Below, in pieces: positions 36,880-45,305 of a stretch of DNA of 64,000 bases. This DNA comes from an uncultured Planctomycetota bacterium. GTDB lineage: Bacteria > Planctomycetota > PLA2 > JAEUHO01. The notes beneath the pieces are model-generated. The model did not search any database and was not told the origin of the DNA. It saw only the letters and a list, made by a program, of their open reading frames with translations. The position numbers were made by a program, and so were the translations under genes. The stretch's first letter is position 1; every line of letters begins with the position of its first letter. The stretch covers positions 448,001 to 512,000 of the forward strand of contig CAVVXN010000002.1 in NCBI GenBank assembly GCA_963752285.1, written 5' to 3'.

Positions 36880-39800
36880 CCGACGACGCGATGCGAGCGT
36901 CCGACGGCCCCGTGGACCGCGCGTCCGCGAGCCGCGGTGTCGAGGAGGGTGACGACGGCCGGGCCCCCAGGATCGCGCCGCGCGAGGCGCAACCGTACGT
37001 GGGCCTCCGTCCGTTCGAGCGGGAGGAGAGCCACCTCTTCTTCGGCCGCGAGCGGGACGCCCAGATCCTCGAGGACAAGATCCTCTCCGCGCGTCTCACC
37101 GTGCTCTACGCGCAGTCCGGCCTCGGGAAGTCGTCCCTGCTCCGCGCGCTCGTGGTGCCGCGGCTCGAGGAGAACGAAGCCCTCGTCGTCGAGTTCGACG
37201 CGTGGGCGCAGTCGGATCCGCTCGCGGCGTTGAAGGAGACGCTCGCCGGCGAGGCGGAGGGCCTCGGCGTCCCCGACGCCGGCCTCGGCGCGCCGACGCT
37301 GCTCGAGCTCGCGCGATTGATCCAGACCGCCACCGACCGGAGCCTCGTCCTCGTCCTCGACCAGTTCGAGGAGCTCCTCGTCCACCACGGTCGCTCGATC
37401 GAGCCGCTGCGCCGCGAGCTGGCCGCGCTCGTGAGCTCGCGGGCGGTGGACGTCCACGTCCTGCTCTCGCTGCGGGAGGAGTTCCTCGGCGCGCTCCAGC
37501 CGTTCCGCCAGGCGATGCTCGGCCTCTTCCAGTCCACGTACCGGCTGGAGGGCCTCGCCCCGGACGGGCTCCGCGACGCGATCGTCGAGCCGGCCCGGCT
37601 CTCGGGCGGCGCGTGCGACCCCGGGCTCGTCGAGGCGCTCGCGAAGGACCTCCGTTCCGAGGCGCAGGACGAGACCGGCGGCGAGCCGACGGGCGCGTCC
37701 GTCGAGCTCCCGATGCTGCAGCTCGTGTGCGCCGAGCTCTGGCAGGCCGCGACCTCGGTCGGGAGCCGCCACCTGACCGAGGACCTGTACCGCGCGCGCG
37801 GCGGCGCCGAGCGGATCCTCGCCGACTACGTGCGGAGCGTGATGCCGCGTCGCGCTTCGCAGCGCCGCGTCGTGGCCCGGCTCCTGCGGCTCCTCGCGCC
37901 GCCGAGCGGCCTCAAGATGGCGTACACCGAGGAAGACCTCGCCTCGACCACGGGCATCGGCCTCTCGCGCGTCCGCGAGGTGCTCGACCGTCTGGCGGCC
38001 GCGCGCATCCTGCGGACGCGGGAGGACCGCGCGGGCGTCCGATACGAGCTCCAACACGACGCGTTCATCGGCGTGGTCGGGCCCTGGCGCGACGACGTCC
38101 TCCGGCGCGCGCACCGGCGAAGGGTCGCGACGTGGATCCTCGCCACGGCCGCGATCGTCGCTGCGGGGACTTGGGGCTTCTGGACCTTTCGTCTGGGGCA
38201 GGAGCAGAAGGAGAACCGGCTCCTCCTCGACCGCCAGCGCGCGACGGCGGAGCGGGAGCAGGCGCGCGCGGAGCAGGCCGCCGTGGACCGCTGGCTCGCG
38301 GGCGACGCCCTCGACGAGCTCGCGCGCGGCGACGACGCGGCGAGCGAGGGAAAGCGCGGGAGCCGGCTCGACATGCTCGCCGGCTACCTCCTCTGGCCGC
38401 GCGAGGGCTCGGCGCGGATCGACGACCTCGCCGCGGTGCTCCAGCGGCACGAGGACCTGATTCCCGAGCGCTACGGCGTCGCGACGGCGGGCATCGACGA
38501 GCTCGACCTCCCGCCCCGCGAGTGGCCCCTCTCGCTCGCGGTCGCGCCCGACCGGAAGGTGGACGCTCCGCTCTTCGGGCTCGAGTGGCGTCGGCTCGCG
38601 CGGCTCGTCAACCAGCAGCGGGGCGTCCCCACGCCGCTCCGGATCCGCGTCGTTCACGACGCGGACCTGTCCGGCGAGGACGTCCGCCTGGAGGCGGCGG
38701 GCGCCGACCCCGTGACCTTCGCGGTCGCTCGCCAGGAGGGACGCGCGCTCCTCGACGTGCCCGAGGGCGGGCTCGGCGAGCCCGCGCGGGGGTTCTACGA
38801 GCGATTCGGCGCCGGGTGGCCGACGCTCTCGACGAGCTCCACCTCGCGCATCGTCCCGCGGTGGACCCTCCCCGTGTGGCACGTCACCGGCTACGCCGTC
38901 GAGAGCGGGAGCGCGATCACCGCCTACCGCGTGCTCAAGGAGGCCCTCGACCGCGCGGATCCGCTGCTCTCGCCGGCGGCGGTCGAGCACCTCCTCCGGC
39001 GCGCGGCCGCCGTCGCGCCGCGCACGGTGGCCGAGGTCCGCGCGGCGCGCGGCGATCGTCTCCCGCGCGACCTGGCGACGTGGGTGCGCCGCGGCCACGC
39101 GCTCGATCGCCCGGCCGAGCTCTTCGACGTGCTCGCCGACCGCGTGGCCGGCTCGTCCGAGGAGATCGCCGACGCGTGGGCGGAGGACGGCGTCCTCGAC
39201 ACGGCGAGCGGCGCGCCCGATCTCCACGGGCCGTGGCGCGGACCGCCGCCCGCCGACCTCGGCGAGGAACCGCCGGCGTACCGCGACACGAGCGCTTGGC
39301 TGCCCGTCGTCGGTCAACCGGTGCGCGTCGAGGCGGGCCCGGACCTCGAACCGTCGTGGTTCGACGACGATCGGCTGCGACCGGATCTCGTGGAGGCCAT
39401 CGAGGCCGCGCGAGACGAGTCGCACCGTCGCTACGGCATCGAGCTGCCGGGGATCCGGTTCCGCTCCGAGGACGCGCCGGGCCACGTGGGCGCGGGGTCG
39501 TTCCGCGTCGAGGTGTTCGACGAGGACGCGACGAGCCCCGAGGCCCCGGCCGTGACGCCGGAGGCCGGCGCCGCGCTCGCCCGGCTCGGGCGCGCGCTCG
39601 ACGTGCGAGCCGCGTGCTGGCGCGTGCACTGGCTGACGGCGGAGGTCGTCCACGACCTCGAGGCCGAGACGCACCCGGCCGTGGCGAAGTGGCTCGACGC
39701 GCGCTACGCGCTGACCGACCTGAAGGTGCTGCTCCGCGGCGTGCTCTCCCCCGACCCCCGGGAGGTCGCCGCGCTCCGCGCGGCCGAGGCGGGCGACGGA

Positions 39801-41612
39801 CGGCTCCCCGACCCGGTGGACCCCGGGTCCACGGTCCGCTACGCGCCGTGGCTCCTCGACGCGCTCGTCTTCTACACGGTGGCCGAGAAGCCGCTCGACG
39901 GCGAGGCGCTGGTGCGGGACCTGCGGCACCTCGCGCGCCTGCGCGTCGCCGGCGAGCGTTCCGCCGCCGAGGCGGTCTCGGTCCCGCCCTCCGTGCCGCC
40001 CGAGGTCCGCGCGGGGGTGGACGCGCTGCTCCGGGGCCGGCCCGAGGACGCGGCCGCGAGGTTCCTGTCGGCGCTCCAGGCCGATCGGGCGGTCGCCATG
40101 CGCGCGTTCGCGACGGCCTGGGTGGACCGTCTCGGCTCCGTGTGGCTCGACGACGAGACGCGCAGCCTGACCAGCCTGGACCTCGCGCGGCTCGATCGGC
40201 GGGCGCGCCTCGACCTGGAGGACCTGCTCCGCCGGCCCGACGTCCAGGCGTCGCGGCTCCTCCGTACGCGGCTCGGCATCCTGCTGCTCGCCGCGAGCGC
40301 GGACGACGCCGAGCCGGAGAAGGCGACGCTCCCGTCGCTGCTCGCCGCGTCGGACCTCGCGGACGAGCTCCCGGCCTCCGAGGCGGCGTGGCTCGGCCAG
40401 CGGGGCCTCCACGCGTACGATCCCGCGGAGCCGGACGCCGCCGCGCTCGAGCAGGCGGCGCGTCTGCTCGTCTCGGCGGCCCGGCGTCTCGACGACGACG
40501 GCGCGTACCGCATCGTGACCGACCTCCTGGATGTGTGGCGAGGGCCGAAGGGCGGCCGGTGGTGCCGACGGCTGCTCGAGCGTCTCGCGCAGGCGAAGCC
40601 CGACAGCGTGAAGCCGAGCCTCCCGCTGGAGCTCGCCTTCCACCTCGCGTACCTGCAGTCCCCGGACGACCTGCACGAGGCGCGCGCGCTGCTCGAGACC
40701 GAGAGGAAGAAGCTCGACGCGCCCGTCTTCACCGACGACGACCGCGCGTACCGGCGCGCCGTGCTGGCGTTCGTGGACGCGAAGAGCCTCACGAACCTCG
40801 CCGCCGCCGGCGAGGACCGGCGCTGGCCCGAGGCCGAGGCGGCGTGGCGGTCGCTCCTCGACGTGAACCAGGGGAGCTTCGCGGAGGAGGCGCACGGCGA
40901 GCTCGCCGAGGCGCTCATCTCGCTCGACCGGGTCGACGACGCCCGGAAGGTGCTCGACGAGGGGCAGGCCCGGTGGCCGAAGAACACGCGCTTCGAGATC
41001 CTGCGGCTCCTGGCCGCTCTCCGCGTGGGAGACACGAACGCCGTCGCGGCCGTCTCGCTCCAGGCGGTCGCGCGGCTGGGCCCGGAGGTGGACGACGCCT
41101 GGTACGTCGCGGCCCTGGGCCAGGTGCTCACCGGTCGGGGACCGGGCGACGGCGCGGTCCGCACGTACTACGAGAAGAAGCACTGGGCGGAAACGTTCGT
41201 CTCTCTCCTCGCCCGGGCGATGCGGAGGGAGCCCCTCGCCGCGGAGGCCGACGCCCGGCTCCGCGCGCGATGGAACGATCTGGAGGCCGAACGCGCGGGA
41301 TGGCCCGAGCGTCTCGCGCAGGGCGACCCGAACGTCTGGTCGGATCTCCTGCTCGGCTTCGCGCTGGGGGAGGTGCCGCGCGAGGACGTCTTCCCAGCGC
41401 TGGCCGACGACGAGTCCTTCCGGGCGTCCCCGTACGTCCACCTCGGGGCCGTCCGGCGGGCGTTTTTGTGCGAGGCGCACTTCGCCGACGCGCTCGCGCT
41501 CCTGGCGAAGGGCGACGCCGCCGCGGCGAAGCAGGCCCTGGAACGGGTGGTCCAGAGCGGGCAGCGGACGTACCTCGACTACACGATCGCGAAGTACCTG
41601 CTCTCCCGGTGA
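36876..41612 (+). CDS. nSTAND1-type NTPase, TM helix, two FlhA/FHIPEP-like domains and TPR-like repeats
   Basis: PYVGLRPF..FFGRE, Walker A AQSGLGKSS, Walker B LVLDQFEE, LPMLQL, YELQHD; TM WILATAAIVAAGTWGFW; YGIELPGIRFR and related segments; ATGA overlap with upstream gene. Confidence 0.8.
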   Translation: MTDDAMRASDGPVDRASASRGVEEGDDGRAPRIAPREAQPYVGLRPFEREESHLFFGRERDAQILEDKILSARLTVLYAQSGLGKSSLLRALVVPRLEENEALVVEFDAWAQSDPLAALKETLAGEAEGLGVPDAGLGAPTLLELARLIQTATDRSLVLVLDQFEELLVHHGRSIEPLRRELAALVSSRAVDVHVLLSLREEFLGALQPFRQAMLGLFQSTYRLEGLAPDGLRDAIVEPARLSGGACDPGLVEALAKDLRSEAQDETGGEPTGASVELPMLQLVCAELWQAATSVGSRHLTEDLYRARGGAERILADYVRSVMPRRASQRRVVARLLRLLAPPSGLKMAYTEEDLASTTGIGLSRVREVLDRLAAARILRTREDRAGVRYELQHDAFIGVVGPWRDDVLRRAHRRRVATWILATAAIVAAGTWGFWTFRLGQEQKENRLLLDRQRATAEREQARAEQAAVDRWLAGDALDELARGDDAASEGKRGSRLDMLAGYLLWPREGSARIDDLAAVLQRHEDLIPERYGVATAGIDELDLPPREWPLSLAVAPDRKVDAPLFGLEWRRLARLVNQQRGVPTPLRIRVVHDADLSGEDVRLEAAGADPVTFAVARQEGRALLDVPEGGLGEPARGFYERFGAGWPTLSTSSTSRIVPRWTLPVWHVTGYAVESGSAITAYRVLKEALDRADPLLSPAAVEHLLRRAAAVAPRTVAEVRAARGDRLPRDLATWVRRGHALDRPAELFDVLADRVAGSSEEIADAWAEDGVLDTASGAPDLHGPWRGPPPADLGEEPPAYRDTSAWLPVVGQPVRVEAGPDLEPSWFDDDRLRPDLVEAIEAARDESHRRYGIELPGIRFRSEDAPGHVGAGSFRVEVFDEDATSPEAPAVTPEAGAALARLGRALDVRAACWRVHWLTAEVVHDLEAETHPAVAKWLDARYALTDLKVLLRGVLSPDPREVAALRAAEAGDGRLPDPVDPGSTVRYAPWLLDALVFYTVAEKPLDGEALVRDLRHLARLRVAGERSAAEAVSVPPSVPPEVRAGVDALLRGRPEDAAARFLSALQADRAVAMRAFATAWVDRLGSVWLDDETRSLTSLDLARLDRRARLDLEDLLRRPDVQASRLLRTRLGILLLAASADDAEPEKATLPSLLAASDLADELPASEAAWLGQRGLHAYDPAEPDAAALEQAARLLVSAARRLDDDGAYRIVTDLLDVWRGPKGGRWCRRLLERLAQAKPDSVKPSLPLELAFHLAYLQSPDDLHEARALLETERKKLDAPVFTDDDRAYRRAVLAFVDAKSLTNLAAAGEDRRWPEAEAAWRSLLDVNQGSFAEEAHGELAEALISLDRVDDARKVLDEGQARWPKNTRFEILRLLAALRVGDTNAVAAVSLQAVARLGPEVDDAWYVAALGQVLTGRGPGDGAVRTYYEKKHWAETFVSLLARAMRREPLAAEADARLRARWNDLEAERAGWPERLAQGDPNVWSDLLLGFALGEVPREDVFPALADDESFRASPYVHLGAVRRAFLCEAHFADALALLAKGDAAAAKQALERVVQSGQRTYLDYTIAKYLLSR

Positions 41613-41631
41613 GGCGGCGGCGCGGGGCGGG

Positions 41632-43980
41632 TCACGCGTCCGCAACGGCCGCGAAGACGAAGACCTCGACCGGCGTGCCCTCCTTCGCGCCGACCACGAT
41701 CAGGTCCACGTCCATCGCGGACTCGACCGAGAACGAGAACGCGGGGAAGTGGTCTCCGCTGCTGTCCTCGCCGACGACGCTCCCGTCGCCGGCGTTCACG
41801 GCCTTCATGTCGATTGGCTCGAACCCAGGCGCCACCGCGACCGCGAGATAGGGCCCGTCGTGGGGGAGGGACGCCCGCTCGCGGGCGACGCCCTTCTCGT
41901 CGAGCTGGAAGCTCCCCGAAGCGACGGCCTTCGCCGACCACGACCCGCCCTTCGCGCGGGCGATGTTCTGGAGCCAGTGGTCGAGGAGCCGCCCTCGGAT
42001 CCGGGCGGGCGTCATCGCGCTCAGCGCGGCGCGGTAGAGCTGCCCTCGGATGCGCGTCGCGCCGCCTTCGACCTCGAGCTTGACCTGGAGGTCGCCGGCC
42101 GTGTCGGTCTCGAGGCTCGCCACGCCGAGCCACGGCGCGAGCCGCGTCGGCGCCACGGGCACGGGGTTCCCCGAGGCGGGCGCGAATTGGATGTCCATCC
42201 CGATCTCGCGCCGGCGGTCCGCGTCCACGATGGCGAGGTACCGGCCCGGGCTGTCGAGCCGGAGCACGAGTGGGGCGTCCGGCGCCTGCTTGCCCGGAGG
42301 CACGGGCGCCTCGAGCTCGCTCTGCTTCGCCCACGCGACCGTCTGCGTCATGTTCGAGCCGCTCTCGATCTCGTGGACCGCCTTCGCGAGGACCTGTTCC
42401 ACGTCGAGGTCGCGTTGGAGGAGGTGGCCCGAGGCGTAGAGCGTCTGGATGCGCGACTCCCACGCGGTCTCGCGCCCCGCCTGCTTCGCGTCGGCCGTGT
42501 CCTTCAGCAGCTCGTTCACGAGATCCGCACGCTGGCCGTAGTTCACGCCGACCCCGGTCGAGATGCGGGGGCCGCCGCCGATCTGCAACACGTTGCCTGC
42601 GCTGAGGACCGCGATCACCCGGCCCTGCGCGTCGATCATCGGGCTCCCGCTCGCGCCGCCGGCGGCCGGGCAGCTGTGCTGGATCAGGAGGTTGTCCGCG
42701 CGCGCCTCCGCCGACTCGCCGTGCGCGCCGAAGTAGTCGGTCATGGCCGTGACCGAGCCGATCTGCGTCTGCGCGGTCGGCTGGTGGAGCGGCGTCCCCC
42801 CGAACGCCACGCCCTCCATCGGGTATCCGATGTAGCCCACGGCGTCGCCCGCGTCGAGCCGGCAAAGCGCCACGTCGGACTCGATCGGGAGGGGCGGCGC
42901 GAGGCCCTCGAAGGGGGCCTTCAGGTGGAGCAGCCCGACGTCGCACGCGCCGCCGGGGAACCGGATCGTGTTCGCGTTCTTGGCGTCCGTTCCCTCCACG
43001 GGCACGTAGCCCTCCCACACGTGCTCGAACGCCGCGTAGCCGGGGTGGACGATCACGGAGTCCACCACGTACGTCCGCGGCGTCTCCGCGTTCGAGCGCA
43101 CGAGCATGCGCACGCCGGGTGCGAGCTGGCCGAAGACCTCGGCGACGTGGGCGTTCGTCGCCAGGGTCCCGTCCGAGACCACCCAGGCGGTCCCCAGGCC
43201 GTTCTCGAATCCCTCGGCGTTCTCCAGCAGGACGAGGTAGACGGACGGCCGCGCCTTTCGCAGCGCCTCCTCGATGCGGTCCTTGTTCGCGGCGAGCTCC
43301 TCCTCGACCGCGTGGAACTTCTGCGTCATCGACCCGACCGTCTCGGTCAGGTTCCCGAGGTCGCCGCCGACCGCGCTCAGGTCGTTTTGGACGTGCGTGA
43401 TCTCGTCGTGCATGGAGCCGAGCGAGCTCCGGACGTCGGCGATCGCGTGGCCTTCCTCGGCGAGACGACGCGTGACCGCGTCCTCGGCCGTGTCGATCCG
43501 CTCCGACTGCCGGAGGAGCGCGCGGAGGCCCACGGCCGCCGCCCCGAGGACGACCACGAGCACCCCGAAGAGGAGCCAGCGGGTGCGGCCGGTCGCGGCG
43601 ACGGCCTGGTGGAGGACCGTGGCCTGTCCCGCGCGGTGGCCCTGCCGGATCGTGGGCGACAGGTCCTCGCGCTCCACGCGTCGGACCACCACGCGCGGCC
43701 CGTCCGGCCCGAGCCGGAGCTCGCACTGCTCCGGTAGCTCCTGGTCGTCGTACGCCGGCTTCCCGTCCACGAGGACCAGGTTGTCGCCGTTGAGCACGAC
43801 GCGGTAGCGGCCGAGCACGCGCCGCAACGCCACGTGCTCGCGACCCACCACCGTCTGGTCGCCGGGAAACACGACCTGACAGCGATCCGGGTCGCGGCCG
43901 AAGACGATCTCCTCCTGGTCGTCGCCGAACGACCGGCTCGCCTCCGCGCTGTCGTCCCGAACGCGCACCACGAGCCCCAT
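41632..43980 (-). CDS. FHA - TM - coiled coil - trypsin-like serine protease
   Basis: FGRD..VGREH FHA-like; TM WLLFGVLVVVLGAAAVGL; catalytic triad TNAHV / CDVGLL / GGASGSP. Confidence 0.85.
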   Translation of the reverse strand: MGLVVRVRDDSAEASRSFGDDQEEIVFGRDPDRCQVVFPGDQTVVGREHVALRRVLGRYRVVLNGDNLVLVDGKPAYDDQELPEQCELRLGPDGPRVVVRRVEREDLSPTIRQGHRAGQATVLHQAVAATGRTRWLLFGVLVVVLGAAAVGLRALLRQSERIDTAEDAVTRRLAEEGHAIADVRSSLGSMHDEITHVQNDLSAVGGDLGNLTETVGSMTQKFHAVEEELAANKDRIEEALRKARPSVYLVLLENAEGFENGLGTAWVVSDGTLATNAHVAEVFGQLAPGVRMLVRSNAETPRTYVVDSVIVHPGYAAFEHVWEGYVPVEGTDAKNANTIRFPGGACDVGLLHLKAPFEGLAPPLPIESDVALCRLDAGDAVGYIGYPMEGVAFGGTPLHQPTAQTQIGSVTAMTDYFGAHGESAEARADNLLIQHSCPAAGGASGSPMIDAQGRVIAVLSAGNVLQIGGGPRISTGVGVNYGQRADLVNELLKDTADAKQAGRETAWESRIQTLYASGHLLQRDLDVEQVLAKAVHEIESGSNMTQTVAWAKQSELEAPVPPGKQAPDAPLVLRLDSPGRYLAIVDADRRREIGMDIQFAPASGNPVPVAPTRLAPWLGVASLETDTAGDLQVKLEVEGGATRIRGQLYRAALSAMTPARIRGRLLDHWLQNIARAKGGSWSAKAVASGSFQLDEKGVARERASLPHDGPYLAVAVAPGFEPIDMKAVNAGDGSVVGEDSSGDHFPAFSFSVESAMDVDLIVVGAKEGTPVEVFVFAAVADA

Positions 43981-44066
43981 GTCGCACCCTCCCGGCCTCG
44001 GCCGGCCACGCTACCAGGGTCGGACCGGGCCGGGCGCCGGCCGGCGCCTGCGCGCGTCCGCCCGGG

Positions 44067-45305
44067 TCACCCCGCGTCCAGCCACGCGTCGATGCGCTCG
44101 GTCCGCCCCGCGGCGGCGAGGATCCGGTCGGCCTGCGCCCGGGTGCCCGAGATGTCGTCCTTCCGCGCGGCGTACGTCCGAAACGCGCGCTGGTAGTGCC
44201 GGGCCGCCGCCGCCGGCTCGCCCGCGAGGAGCAGCGCCTCGGCGCGCATCACCTGCGTGTAGTAGGGGAGGCGCGACGTGTCCACGCCGCCGCGCTCCAG
44301 GGTCGCCTCCCGCGCATCGAGCAGCGCGCGGACCTCGCCGGCCAGCGCCTCCGCGGCGTCCGTCCGGCCGAGCAGGAGCGCCGTCGTCGCGGCGTTGATC
44401 CCGAGGTACGCGTTCTCCCGGCCCGAGCCGCGCCAGGCGTCCCGGTAGATCCGGTGCGCGCGCTCGAGCGCCGGCGTCCCATCCTCGGCCAGGCCCACGC
44501 GCTTCAACGCCCCGGCGAGGATCCCCGCCGTCTCGTCGTCCGTCGGCTGGCGCCGGCGGAGGGGCTCGAGCCGTCGGATCGCCTCGGCGGGGTCTCCGCG
44601 ACGGCTCGCGAGGAACGCGGCGAGCTGGACGAGGCGCACGTCGGAGGGCGCGTCGGCGAGGCCGCGCGCGAGGAGGGCGTCCGCGTCCTCGAGAGCGCCG
44701 CGGCGGATCTCGAGCTCCGCGCCGAGCGCGAGGAGCGCGGCGCCGCCGGGGTGCGCCGCGCGGCCGGGCGCCGAGAGCGCCGCCCGTGCCGGGGCCGGGA
44801 GCGGACGGCCCTCGCGCGCGAGGTCGCGCAGGGCGTCGAGGAGCGACCCCGTGCCGCCGGGCGTCCGCGGGGGCCACGGTCCGCCGTCCATGGTGAGCGA
44901 GGCGAGCGCGGGCCCCCCGGCGCGCCGCCGGAAGAACCAGTCGAGCCACGCGCCGAGGAGGTGCCCGACGATTTCCGCGTCCTCGGGCTCCGGCGCGTAC
45001 CCCACGTGCCGGACGGCGTTCCCGAGGCGCCGCACGGTGTGGCCCACGGTCACGTCGAGCTCGTCGAGGAGGCCCATGTCCTCGAGGTTCACCAACGTGC
45101 CGTAGCAGCTGGTCCCCGGCTCGATCCCGAGGGCGGCGACGGCGGCGCTCGCGAGCGCCTCGACGACGCGGGCCGCGTAGAGCACCGCCGCCTCGGGTGC
45201 GTCCACGCCGCGCACGGCCTCCAGCCGCTCGAGGTCCCGCGCGAGCCGAAACGGTCCCGACGCGAACGCGAGGACCTCGGGGCGGAGCCGTCCGACCTCG
45301 CTCAC
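44067..45305 (-). CDS. HEPN (DUF4145-like) domain + TPR-S / TRAFs-binding-like domain protein
   Basis: RRLGNAVRH (Rx6H); ETAGILAGALKR..YRDAW..YLGINAATTALLLG..RAEALLL; GTG start overlaps kinase stop. Confidence 0.7.
   Translation of the reverse strand: MSEVGRLRPEVLAFASGPFRLARDLERLEAVRGVDAPEAAVLYAARVVEALASAAVAALGIEPGTSCYGTLVNLEDMGLLDELDVTVGHTVRRLGNAVRHVGYAPEPEDAEIVGHLLGAWLDWFFRRRAGGPALASLTMDGGPWPPRTPGGTGSLLDALRDLAREGRPLPAPARAALSAPGRAAHPGGAALLALGAELEIRRGALEDADALLARGLADAPSDVRLVQLAAFLASRRGDPAEAIRRLEPLRRRQPTDDETAGILAGALKRVGLAEDGTPALERAHRIYRDAWRGSGRENAYLGINAATTALLLGRTDAAEALAGEVRALLDAREATLERGGVDTSRLPYYTQVMRAEALLLAGEPAAAARHYQRAFRTYAARKDDISGTRAQADRILAAAGRTERIDAWLDAG

Noticed and set aside
38520..39870. 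Genuine flhA/sctV of a flagellum or T3SS
   Set aside because: It lacks the N-terminal multi-TM export-gate domain and any neighbouring secretion genes; the domains sit inside a STAND protein.
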